This document shows, in pieces, positions 15,112-29,275 of a stretch of DNA of 64,000 nucleotides; position 1 is the first letter of the stretch, and each line of letters begins with the position of its first letter. The notes under the pieces are model-generated. The model ran no database searches. It worked only from the letters and a program-made list of their open reading frames with translations, and was not told the DNA's origin. The translations under genes and the position numbers were made by a program. The DNA is from the human T2T-CHM13v2.0 reference genome, Homo sapiens. The DNA lies in assembly GCF_009914755.1 (NCBI RefSeq), contig NC_060948.1; one strand, written 5' to 3'.

Positions 15112-18100
15112 GGCCTGGAATAAAGTGGAATGCTACGGTCTCGAATGGAATAAAAATGTATGGAATGGAATGCAATGAAACGGAATCGAATGTCATAGAA
15201 TGTAATGGAATGCAAAAAAATGGAATCCAAAATCATTGACTGGAAAGGCTGGGTGTCGAAAGGAATTGACTCCAATGGAATGGAATCAAATGGAATGGAA
15301 GTGAATAGAATCGAACTAAATCGAATGGAATGGAATTGATAGGAACGGAATGGAAAGGAATGCAATGATTTGGCATGGAATGGAATCGAATGGCATCGAA
15401 TGGAATGGAATGGAATGCAATGGAATGGAATGTATTAGAATGTAATGAACTTTAATGGAATGTACTCGAATGGATTCGACTGGAATGGAATGTTCTGGAA
15501 GTGAATGGACTCCAATGGAATGGATTCAAAAGGAATGGAATCGTACGGAATGGAATCTAATGGAATGGAATTAAATGGAAAAGAATCAAATTGAATAGCA
15601 CGGAATTGAATTGAATGGAATCGAATGCAATGGAATCTAATGAAACGGAAAGGAAAGGAATGGAATGGAATGGAATGGGCTGGAATGGAAAGGAATCGAA
15701 ACGAATGGAATGGAATCGAACTGAAGAGACTGGAATGGAATGCACTGGAATGGAAGGGAGTGTAATGGAAGGTTCTCGAAAAAAATGGAATCGAATGGAA
15801 TGGAATTGAATGGAACGGAATAGAGTCGAATGGAATTGAATGGAATGGAATGGACTAGAGTGAAATGGAATCGAACCACAAGGAATGGACAGGAATAGAA
15901 TGGTCTCGAATTGAATGGAATCGTATGGAATGGCATCAAACGGAAAGGAATGGACAGCCACGGAATGGAATGCACTCGAATGCAATGGAGTCGAAACTAA
16001 TGGACTGGAATAGAATGGACTCGACTGGTACGGACTCCAATGGAATGGAATCGAATGGAAGGGAATCGATCGGAATGGACTCGAAGGGAAAAGACTGCAA
16101 TGGAAAGGTCTCGAATGGAATGGAAATTAATGGAATGGAATGGAATCGAATGAAATGGAGTCAAAAGGAATGGAATCGAATGGCAAGAAATCGAATGTAA
16201 TGGATTCGCAAGGAATTGATGTGAACGGAATGGAATGGAATGGAATCCAAAGGAATGGAATAGAATGGAATGGAATCGAATGGAAAGGACTCGAATGGAA
16301 ATCACTCGAATAGAATGCAATTTAATAAAATAGGATCAAATGTAATGGAATGGAATGGAAAGGAATCGAAACGAAAGGAATGGAGACAGATGGAATGGAA
16401 TGGTACAGAGAGCAATGGTATAGAATGGAATGGAATCATCTGGAATGGAATTGAATGGAATGGAATAATATGAAATCGAATGGAATGGAATGGAATGGAA
16501 TGCCCTTGAATTAAATGGACTGGAATGGAATGGACTCCAACAGAGTGGAATGGAAAGTGTTGAGATAGAATGGAATGGACTCCTTTGGAATGGTGTAGTA
16601 TGCAATGCAATCGACTGGCAGGGAATCAAAAGGAATGTAATCGAATGGATTGGACTGGAATGCAATGGACTCGAATAGATTGGAAACGGAATGCAAAGGA
16701 ATGGAATGGAATAGTATGGAATGGAATGGAAAGGAATGGAGTGGAATAGACTAGAGTGGAATTGAATGGACTGGAAAGCAATGGACTGGAATGGAACTTT
16801 CTTGAATGGACTGGAATCAAACGGAATGGAATGCAATGCAATCAAATGGCATGGAATAAAATAGAATGAAAGAGAATCAAATGGAATTGAATCGAATGGA
16901 ATCGAATGGATTGGAAAGGATTAGAATGGAATGGAATGGAATTGACTCAAATGGAATGGACTAGAATGGAATGGATTCGAATGGAAGGCAAAGGAATGGA
17001 ATCTATTGGAATGGACTGTAATTGAATGGAATGGAAGGGATTGGAATGGACTCGAATGGAATGGACTGCAATAGAAAGGATTCGAATGGAATGAAAAAGA
17101 ATTCAATGGAATAGAACAGATTGGAATCAAATCGAATGAAATGGAATGGAATAGAAAGGAATGGAATGAAATGGAATGGAAAGGATTCGAATGGAATGCA
17201 ATCGAATGGAATGGAATCGAACGGAATGGAATAAAATGGAAGAAAACTGGCAAGAAATGGAATCGAAATGAATGGAGTGTTATGGAACGGACTCAAAAGG
17301 AATTGAATATAATAGAATGGAGTGGAGTGGACTCGAATATAATGGACTGGAATGGAATGAAATCACATGGAATGGGAACGAATGGAATGGAATGGAAAGG
17401 AATGGAATCGAATGGAAAGGAATCGAATAGAAGGGAATTAAATTGAATCAACAGGAATGGAAGGGAATAGAATAGACGGTAATGGAATGGACTCGAATAG
17501 AATGGACACGAATGCTCAAATTGAATGGACACGAATGGAATGGAAACGAAAGGAATGTCATCGAATGGAATTGAATCGATTGGAATGAAATCGCATAGAA
17601 TGGAGTGGAATCAAATGGAATTGAATCGAAAGGAAAGGAAGCGAATGGACTGAAATGAAATGGAATGGAATTGAATGGAAAGTAATGCAATGGAATAGAA
17701 TGGAACGAAATTTCACGGAATGGAATCAAACTGAATGGAATCAAATCAATGGAATCCAATCAAATGGAATGGAAAGGAATTGAATGGAGTAGATTGGATT
17801 GGATGGGATTGGAATGAAATGTACTGGAAAGGACTCGAATTTCATGAAACGGAATGGAATGAATTGGAACGGAATGGACTCGAATGGAATGGAATGTCAT
17901 GGAATGGCATCAAATGGAATGGCATCAAATGGAATGGAATCGAATGCAATGGAATGCTATGGAATGGAATGGAATGCATTGGAATGGAATGTCCTCTAAT
18001 GGAATGGATTCGAGTGGAATGGAATCGAATATAATGGAGTCGAATGAAATGGAATTGAAAGGAATGGGATCGAATAGAATGGAATATACTGGAATGTAAT

Positions 18101-18680
18101 GTAATGAACTCGAATGTAATTGACTGGAATGGAATGTACATGAATGGAATGTAATCGAATGGAAAGTAATCCAATGGAATAGAATCTAATGCAATAAAAT
18201 CGACTCAGATAGAGTAGAATGTAATGGAATGGAGTGCAGTGCAATGGAATAGAATGGAATGGAATGCAATGGAATGGAATGGAATGGAATGGAATGGAAT
18301 GGAATGGAATGGGATGGGATGGAATGGTATGGAATGGATAGTAATGAACTGGAGTGAAATGGACTGGAAAGGAATGGACTCAAATTGAAAGGGCTCGAAA
18401 GGAATGGAGTCAAATGGAATAGTCTGGAATGGAATGAACACGAATGTAATGCAATCCAATAGAATGGAATCGAATGGCATGGAATATAAAGAAATGGAAT
18501 CGAAGAGAATGGAAACAAATGGAATGGAATTGAATGGAATGGAATTGAATGGAATGGGAACGAATTGAGTGAAATTGTATGCAGTAGAAGGGAATAGAAT
18601 GGAATGCAAGCGAAAGGAAAGGAATGGATTGGAATGGAATGGAATTCATTGGAATGGAAGGGAATGTAGTGTAATGGACA
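15112..18680. repeat. Unit H5, 3569 bp
   Basis: GGCC 15112 to 18681. Confidence 0.88.
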
Positions 18681-21600
18681 GGCCTGGAATAAAGTGGAAT
18701 GCTACGGTCTCGAACGGAATAAAAATGTATGGAATGGAATGCAATGAAACGGAATCGAATGTCATAGAATGTAATGGAATGCAAAAAAATGGAATCCAAA
18801 ATCATTGACTGGAAAGGCTGGGTGTCGAAAGGAATTGACTCCAATGGAATGGAATCGAATGGAATGGAAGTGAATAGAATCGAACTAAATCGAATGGAAT
18901 GGAATTGATAGGAACGGAATGGAAAGGAATGCAATGATTTGGCATGGAATGGAATCGAATGGCATCGAATGGAATGGAATGGAATGCAATGGAATGGAAT
19001 GTATTAGAATGTAATGAACTTTAATGGAATGTACTCGAATGGATTCGACTGGAATGGAATGTTCTGGAAGTGAATGTACTCCAATTGAATGGATTCGAAA
19101 GGAATGGAATCTAATGGAATGGAATTAAATGGAAATGAATCAAATTGAATAGAACGGAATTGAATTGAATGGAATCGAATGCAATGGAATCTAATGAAAC
19201 GGAAAGGAAAGGAATGGAATGGATTGGAATGGAATGGGCTGGAATGGAATGGAATCGAAACGAATGGAATGGAATCGAACTGAAGAGACTGGAATGGAAT
19301 GCACTGGAATGGAAGGGAATGTAATGGAAGGTTCTCGAAAAAAATGGAATCGAAAGGAATGGAATTGAATGGAACGGAATAGAGTCGAATGGAATTCAAT
19401 GGAATGGAATGGACTAGAGTGAAATGGAATCGAACCACAAGGAATGGACAGGAATAGAATGGTCTCGAATTGAATGGAATCGTATGGAATGGCATCAAAC
19501 GGAATGGAATGGACAGCCACGGAATGGAATGCACTCGAATGCAATGGAGTCGACACTAATGGACTGGAATAGAATGGACTCGACTGGTACGGACTCCAAT
19601 GGAATGGAATCGAATGGAAGGGAATCGAACGGAATGGACTCGAAGGGAAAAGACTGCAATGGAAAGGTCTCGAATGGAATGGAAATTAATGGAATGGAAT
19701 GGAATCGAATGAAATGGAGTCAAAAGGAATGGAATCGAATGGCAAGAAATCGAATGTAATGGAATCGCAAGGAATTGATGTGAACGGAACGGAATGGAAT
19801 GGAATCGAAAGGGATGGAATGGAATCGAATGGAAAGGACTCGAATGGAAATCACTCGAATAGAATGCAATTTAATAAAATAGGATCAAATGTAATGGAAT
19901 GGAATGGAAAGGAATCGAAACGAAAGGAATGGAGACAGATGGAATGGAATGGAACAGAGAGCAATGGTATAGAATGGAATGGAATCATCTGGAATGGAAT
20001 TGAATGGAATGGAATAATATGAAATGGAATGGAATGGAATGGAATGGAATGCCCTTGAATTAAATGGACCGGACTCGAACAGAGTGGAATGGAAAGTGTT
20101 GAGATAGAATGGAATGGACTCCTTTGGAATGGTGTAGTATGCAATGCAATCGACTGGCAGGGAATCAAAAGGAATGTAATGGAATGGATTGGACTGGAAT
20201 GCAATGGACTCGAATAGATTGGAAACGGAATGCAAAGGAATAGAATGGAATAGTATGGAATGGAATGGAAAGGAATGGAGTGGAATAGACTAGAGTGGAA
20301 TGGAATGGACTGGAAAGCAATGGACTGGAATGGAACTTTCTTGAATGGACTGGAATCAAACGGAATGGAATGCAATGCAATCAAATGGCATGGAATAAAA
20401 TAGAATGAAAGAGAATCAAATGGAATTGAATCGAATGGAATCGAATGGATTGGAAAGGAATAGAATGGAATGGAATGGAATTGACTCAAATGGAATGGAC
20501 TAGAATGGAATGGATTCGAATGGAAGGCAAAGGAATGGAATCTATTGGAATGGACTGTAATGGAATGGAATGGAAGGGATTGGAATGGACTCGAATGGAA
20601 TGGACTGCAATAGAAAGGACTCGAATGGAATGAAAAAGAATTGAATGGAATAGAACAGAATGGAATCAAATCGAATGAAATGGAATGGAATAGAAAGGAA
20701 TGGAATGAAATGGAATGGAAAGGATTCGAATGGAATGCAATCGAATGGAATGGAATCGAACGGAATGGAATAAAATGGAAGAAAACTGGCAAGAAATGGA
20801 ATCGAAAGGAATGGAGTGTTATGGAACGGACTCAAAAGGAATTGAATGTAATAGAATGGAGTGTAGTGGACTCGAATATAATGGACTGGAATGGAATGAA
20901 ATCACATGGAATGGGAACGAATGGAATGGAATGGAAAGGAATGGAATCGAATGGAAAGGAATCGAATGGAAGGGAATGAAATTGAATCAACAGGAATGGA
21001 AGGGAATAGAATAGACGGTAATGGAATGGACTCGAATAGAATGGACACGAATGCTCAAATTGAATGGACTCGAATGGAATGGAAACGAAAGGAATGTCAT
21101 CGAATGGAGTTGAATAGATTGGAATGAAATGGCATAGAATGGAGTGGAATCAAATGGAATTGAATCGAAAGGAAAGGAAGCGAATGGACTGAAATGAAAT
21201 GGAATGGAATTGAATGGAAAGTAATGCAATGGAATAGAATGGAACGAAATTTCACGGAATGGAATCAAACTGAATGGAATCAAATCAATGGAATCTAATC
21301 AAATTTAATGGAAAGGAATTGAATGGAATACATTGGATTGGATGGGATTGGAATGAAATGTACTGGAAAGGACTCGAATTTCATGAAACGGAATGGAATG
21401 AATTGGAACGGAATGGACTCGAATGGAATGGAATGTCATGGAATGGCATCAAATGGAATGGCATCAAATGGAATGGAATCGAATGCAATGGAATGCTATG
21501 GAATGGAATGGAATGCATTGGAATGGAATGTCCTCTAATGGAATGGATTCGAGTGGAATGGAATCGAATATAATGGAGTCGAATGAAATGGAATTGAAAG

Positions 21601-22199
21601 GAATGGGATCGAATACAATGGAATATACTGGAATGTAATGTAATGAACTCGAATGTAATTGACTGGAATGGAATGTACATGAATGGAATGTAATCGAATG
21701 GAAAGTAATCCAATGGAATAGAATCTAATGCAATAAAATCGACTCAGATAGAGTAGAATGTAATGGAATGGAGTGCAGTGCAATGCAATTGAATGGAATG
21801 GAATGCAATGGAATGGAATGGAATGGAATGGAATGGAATGGAATGGAATGGGATGGAATGGTATGGAATGGATAGTAATGGACTGGAGTGAAATGGACTG
21901 GAAAGGAATGGACTCAAATTGAAAGGGCTCGAAAGGAATGGAGTCAAATGGAATGGTCTGGAATGGAATGAACACGAATGTAATGCAATCCAATAGAATG
22001 GAATCGAATGGCATGGAATATAAAGAAATGGAATCGAAGAGAATGGAAACAAATGGAATGGAATTTAATGGAATGGGAACGAATGGAGTGAAATTGTATG
22101 CAGTAGAAGAGAATAGAATGGAATGCAAGCGAAAGGAAAGGAATGGATTGGAATGGAATGGAATTCATTGGAATGGAAGGGAATGTAGTGTAATGGACA
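18681..22199. repeat. Unit H6, 3519 bp (mosaic)
   Basis: GGCC 18681 to 22200; several deletions shared with H2 and H3. Confidence 0.88.
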
Positions 22200-25100
22200 G
22201 GCCTGGAATAAAGTGGAATGCTACGGTCTCGAATGGAATAAAAATGTATGGAATGGAATGCAATGAAACGGAATCGAATGTCATAGAATGTAATGGAATG
22301 CAAAAAAATGGAATCCAAAATCATTGACTGGAAAGGCTGGGTGTCGAAAGGAATTGACTCCAATGGAATGGAATCGAATGGAATGGAAGTGAATAGAATC
22401 GAACTAAATCGAATGGAATGGAATTGATAGGAACGGAATGGAAAGGAATGCAATGATTTGGCATGGAATGGAATCGAATGGCATCGAATGGAATGGAATG
22501 GAATGCAATGGAATGGAATGTATTAGAATGTAATGAACTTTAATGGAATGTACTCGAATGGATTCGACTGGAATGGAATGTTCTGGAAGTGAATGGACTC
22601 CAATGGAATGGATTCAAAAGGAATGGAATCGTACGGAATGGAATCTAATGGAATGGAATTAAATGGAAATGAATCAAATTGAATAGCACGGAATTGAATT
22701 GAATGGAATGCAATGCAATGGAATCTAATGAAACGGAAAGGAAAGGAATGGAATGGAATGGAATGGACTGGAATGGAAAGGAATCGAAACGAATGGAATG
22801 GAATCGAACTGAAGAGACTGGAATGGAATGCACTGGAATGGAAGGGAGTGTAATGGAAGGTTCTCGAAAAAAATGCCATCGAATGGAATGGAATTGAATG
22901 GAACGGAATAGAGTCGAATGGAATTGAATGGAATGGAATGGACTAGAGTGAAATGGAATCGAACCACAAGGAATGGACAGGAATAGAATGGTCTCGAATT
23001 GAATGGAATCGTATGGAATGGCATCAAACGGAATGGAATGGACAGCCACGGAATGGAATGCACTCGAATGCAATGGAGTCGAAACTAATAGACTGGAATA
23101 GAATGGACTCGACTGGTACGGAATCCAATGGAATGGAATCGAATGGAAGGGAATCGAACGGAATGGACTCGAAGGGAAAAGACTGCAATGGAAAGGTCTC
23201 GAATGGAATGGAAATTAATGGAATGGAATGGAATCGAATGAAATGGAGTCAAAAGGAATGGAATCGAATGGCAAGAAATCGAATGTAATGGAATCGCAAG
23301 CAATTGATGTGAACGGAATGGAATGGAATGGAATCCAAAGGAATGGAATAGAATGGAATGGAATCGAATGGAAAGGACTCGAATGGAAATCACTCGAATA
23401 GAATGCAATTTAATAAAATAGGATCAAATGTAATGGAATGGAATGGAAAGCAATCGAAACGAAAGGAATGGAGACAGATGGAATGGAATAGAACAGAGAG
23501 CAATGGTATAGAATGGAATGGAATCATCTGGAATGGAATTGAATGGAATGGAATAATATGAAATGGAATGGAATGGAATGGAATGGAATGCCCTTGAATT
23601 AAATGGACTGGAATGGAATGGACTCGAACAGAGTGGAATGGAAAGTGTTGAGATAGAATGGAATGCACTCCTTTGGAATGGAGTAGTATGCAATACAATC
23701 GACTGGCAGGGAATCAAAAGGAATGTAATCGAATGGATTGGACTGGAATGCAATGGACTCGAATAGATTGCAAACGGAATGCAAAGGAATGGAATGGAAT
23801 AGTATGGAATGGAATGGAAAGGAATGGAGTGGAATAGACTAGAGTGGAATGGAATGGACTGGAAAGCAATGGACTTGAATGGAACTTTCTTGAATGGACT
23901 GGAATCAAACGGAATGGAATGCAATGCAATCAAATGGCATGGAATAAAATAGAATGAAAGAGAATCAAATGGAATTGAATCGAATGGAATCGAATGGATT
24001 GGAAAGAATAGAATGGAATGGAATGGAATGGACTAGAATGGAATGGATTCGAATGGAAGGCAAAGGAATGGAATCTATTGGAATGGACTGTAATGGAATG
24101 GAATGGAAGGGATTGGAATGGACTCGAATGGAATTGACTGCAATAGAAAGGATTCGAATGGAATGAAAAAGAATTGAATGGAATAGAACAGAATGGAATC
24201 AAATCGAATGAAATGGAATGGAATAGAAAGGAATGGAATGAAATGGAATGGAAAGGATTCGAATGGAATGCAATCGAATGGAATGGAATCGAACGGAATG
24301 GAATAAAATGGAAGAAAACTGGCAAGAAATGGAATCGAAATGAATGGAGTGTTATGGAACGGACTCAAAAGGAATTGAATGTAATAGAATGGAGTGGAGT
24401 GGACTCGAATATAATGGACTGGAATGGAATGAAATCACATGGAATGGGAACGAATGGAATGGAATGGAAAGGAATGGAATCGAATGGAAAGGAATCGAAT
24501 GGAAGGGAATGAAATTGAATCAACAGGAATGGAAGGGAATAGAATAGACGGTAATGGAATGGACTCGAATAGAATGGACACGAATGCTCAAATTGAATGG
24601 ACTCGAATGGAATGGAAACGAAAGGAATGTCATCGAATGGAATTGAATCGATTGGAATGAAATCGCATAGAATGGAGTGGAATCAAATGGAATTGAATCG
24701 AAAGGAAAGGAAGCGAATGGACTGAAATGAAATGGAATGGAATTGAATGGAAAGTAATGCAATGGAATAGAATGGAACGAAATTTCACGGAATGGAATCA
24801 AACAGAATGGAATCAAATCAATGGAATCCAATCAAATGGAATGGAGTAGATTGGATTGGATGGGATTGGAATGAAATGTACTGGAAAGGACTCGAATTTC
24901 ATGAAACGGAATGGAATGAATTGGAACGGAATGGACTGGAATGGAATGGAATGTCATAGAATGGCATCAAATGGAATGGCATCAAATGGAATGGAATCGA
25001 ATGCAATGGAATGCTATGGAATGGAATGGAATGCATTGGAATGGAATGTCCTCTAATGGAATGGATTCGAGTGGAATGGAATCGAATATAATGGAGTCGA

Positions 25101-25712
25101 ATGAAATGGAATTGAAAGGAATGGGATCGAATACAATGGAATATACTGGAATGTAATGTAATGAACTCGAATGTAATTGACTGGAATGGAATGTACATGA
25201 ATGGAATGTAATCGAATGGAAAGTAATCCAATGGAATAGAATCTAATGCAATAAAATCGACTCAGATAGAGTAGAATGTAATGGAATGGAGTGCAGTGCA
25301 ATGGAATGGAATGGAATGGAATGCAATGGAATGGAATGGAATGGAATGGGATGGAATGGTATGGAATGGATAGTAATGGACTGGAGTGAAATGGACTGGA
25401 AAGGAATGGACTCAAATTGAAAGGGCTCGAAAGGAATGGAGTCAAATGGAATGGTCTGGAATGGAATGAACACGAATGTAATGCAATCCAATAGAATGGA
25501 ATCGAATGGCATGGAATATAAAGAAATGGAATCGAAGAGAATGGAAACAAATGGAATGGAATTGAATGGAATGGAATTGAATGGAATGGGAACGAATGGA
25601 GTGAAATTGTATGCAGTAGAAGGGAATAGAATGGAATGCAAGCGAAAGGAAAGGAATGGATTGGAATGGAATGGAATTCATTGGAATGGAAGGGAATGTA
25701 GTGTAATGGACA
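22200..25712. repeat. Unit H7, 3513 bp
   Basis: GGCC 22200 to 25713; shares the 16-bp deletion with H1; 15-bp deletion near 24840. Confidence 0.88.
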
Positions 25713-28700
25713 GGCCTGGAATAAAGTGGAATGCTACGGTCTCGAATGGAATAAAAATGTATGGAATGGAATGCAATGAAACGGAATCGAATGTCATAGA
25801 ATGTAATGGAATGCAAAAAAATGGAATCCAAAATCATTGAATGGAAAGGCTGGGTGTCGAAAGGAATTGACTGCAATGGAATGGAATCGAATGGAATGGA
25901 AGTGAATAGAATCGAACTAAATCGAATGGAATGGAATTGATAGGAACGGAATGGAAAGGAATGCAATGATTTGGCATGGAATGGAATCGAATGGCATCGA
26001 ATGGAATGGAATGGAATGCAATGGAATGGAATGTATTAGAATGTAATGAACATTAGTGGAATGTACTCGAATGGATTCGACTGGAATGGAATGTTCTGGA
26101 AGTGAATGGACTCCAATGGAATGGATTCGAAAGGAATGGAATCGAACGGAATGGAATCTAATGGAATGGAATTAAATGGAAATGAATCAAATTGAATAGC
26201 ACGGAATTGAATTGAATGGAATCGAATGCAATGGAATCTAATGAAACGGAAAGGAAAAAATGGAATGGAATAGAATGGGCTGGAATGGAAAGGAATCGAA
26301 ACGAATGGAATGGAATCGAACTGAGGAGACTGGAATGGAATGCACTGGAATGGAAGGGAGTGTAATGGAAGGTTCTCGAAAAAAATGGAATCGAATGGAA
26401 TGGAATTGAATGGAACGGAATAGAGTCGAATGGAATTGAATGGAATGGAATGGACTAGAGTGAAATGGAATCGAACCACAAGGAATGGACAGGAATAGAA
26501 TGGTCTCGAATTGAATGGAATCGTATGGAATGGCATCAAACGGAATGGAATGGACAGCCACGGAATGGAATGCACTCGAATGCAATGGAGTCGAAACTAA
26601 TGGACTGGAATAGAATGGACTCGACTGGTACGGACTCCAATGGAATGGAATCGAATGGAAGGGAATGGAACGGAAGGGAATCGAACGGAATGGACTCGAA
26701 GGGAAAAGACTGCAATGGAAAGGTCTCGAATGGAATGGAAATTAATGGAATGGAATGGAATCGAATGAAATGGAGTCAAAAGGAATGGAATCGAATGGCA
26801 AGAAATCGAATGTAATGGAATCGCAAGGAATTGATGTGAACGGAACGGAATGGAATGGAATCCAAAGGAATGGAATAGAATGGAATGGAATCGAATGGAA
26901 AGGACTCGAATGGAAATCACTCGAATAGAATGCAATTTAATAAAATAGGATCAAATGTAATAGAATGGAATGGAAAGGAATCGAAACGGAAGGAATGGAG
27001 ACAGATGGAATGGAATGGAACAGAGAGCAATGGTATAGAATGGAATGGAATCATCTGGAATGGAATTGAATGGAATGGAATAATATGAAATGGAATGGAA
27101 TGGAATGGAATGGAATGCCCTTGAATTAAATGGACTGGACTCGAACAGAGTGGAATGGAAAGTGTTGAGATAGAATGGAATGGACTCCTTTGGAATGGTG
27201 TAGTATGCAATGCAATCGACTGGCAGGGAATCAAAAGGAATGTAATCGAATGGATTGGACTGGAATGCAATGGACTCGAATAGATTGGAAACGGAATGCA
27301 AAGGAATGGAATGGAATAGTATGGAATGCAATGGAAGGGAATGGAGTGGAATAGACTAGAGTGGAATGGAATGGACTGGAAAGCAATGGACTGGAATGGA
27401 ACTTTCTTGGATGGACTGGAATCAAACGGAATGGAATGCAATGCAATCAAATGGCATGGAATAAAATAGAATGAAAGAGAATCAAATGGAATTGAATCGA
27501 ATGGAATCTAATGGATTGGAAAGGAATAGAATGGAATGGAATGGAATTGACTCAAATGGAATGGACTAGAATGGAATGGATTCGAATGGAAGGCAAAGGA
27601 ATGGAATCTATTGGAATGGACTGTAATGGAATGGAATGGAAGGGATTGGAATGGACTCGAATGGAATGGACTGCAATAGAAAGGATTCGAATGGAATGAA
27701 AAAGAATTGAATGGAATAGAACAGAATGGAATCAAATCGAATGAAATGGAATGGAATAGAAAGGAATGGAATGAAATGGAATGGAAAGGATTCGAATGGA
27801 ATGCAATCGAATGGAATGGAATCGAACGGAATGGAATAAAATGGAAGAAAACTGGCAAGAAATGGAATCGAAATGAATGGAGTGTTATGGAACGGACTCA
27901 AAAGGAATTGAATGTAATAGAATGGAGTGGAGTGGACTCGAATATAATGGACTGGAATGGAATGAAATCACATGGAATGGGAACGAATGGAATGGAATGG
28001 AAAGGAATGGAATCGAATGAAAAGGAATCGAATGGAAGGGAATGAAATTGAATCAACAGGAATGGAAGGGAATAGAATAGACGGTAATGGAATGGACTCG
28101 AATAGAATGGACACGAATGCTCAAATTGAATGGACTCGAATGGAATGGAAACGAAAGGAATGTCATCGAATGGAATTGAATCGATTGGAATGAAATCGCA
28201 TAGAATGGAGTGGAATCAAATGGAATTGAATCGAAAGGAAAGGAAGCGAATGGACTGAAATGAAATGGAATGGAATTGAATGGAAAGTAATGCAATGGAA
28301 TAGAATGGAACGAAATTTCACGGAATGGAATCAAACTGAATGGAATCAAATCAATGGAATCAAATCAAATGGAATGGAAAGGAATTGAATGGAGTAGATG
28401 GGATTGGATGGGATTGGAATGAAATGTACTGGAAAGGACTCGAATTTCATGAAACGGAATGGAATGAATTGGAACGGAATGGACCCGAATGGAATGGAAT
28501 GTCATGGGATGGCATCAAATGGAATGACATCAAATGGAATGGAATCGAATTCAATGGAATGCTATGGAATGGAATGGAATGCATTGGAATAGAATGTCCT
28601 CTAATGGAATGGATTCGAGTGGAATGGAATTGAATATAATGGAGTCGAATGAAATGGAATTGAAAGGAATGGGATCGAATACAATGGAATATACTGGAAT

Positions 28701-29275
28701 GTAACGTAATGAACTCGAATGTAATTGACTGGAATGGAATGTACATGAATGGAATGTAATCGAATGGAAAGTAATCCAATGGAATAGAATCTAATGCAAT
28801 AAAATCGACTCAGATAGAGTAGAATGTAATGGAATGGAGTGCAGTGCAATGGAATGGAATGGAATGGAATGCAATGGAATGGAATGGAATGGAATGGAAT
28901 GGAATGGAATGGGATGGAATGGTATGGAATGGATAGTAATGGACTGGAGTGAAATGGACTGGAAAGGAATGGACTCAAATTGAAAGGTCTCGAAAGGAAT
29001 GGAGTCAAATGGAATGGTCTGGAATGGAATGAACACGAATGTAATGCAACCCAATAGAATGGAATCGAATGGCATGGAATATAAAGAAATGGAATCGAAG
29101 AGAATGGAAACGAATGGAATGGAATTGAATGGAATGGAATTGAATGGAATGGGAACGAATGGAGTGAAATTGTATGCAGTAGAAGAGAATAGAATGGAAT
29201 GCAAGCGAAAGGAAAGGAATGGATTGGAATGGAATGGAATTCATTGGAATGGAAGGGAATGTAGTGTAATGGACA
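25713..29275. repeat. Unit H8, 3563 bp (transition unit)
   Basis: GGCC 25713 to 29276; first unit with the 15-bp ggaagggaat.gaac duplication (near 26660). Confidence 0.88.
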
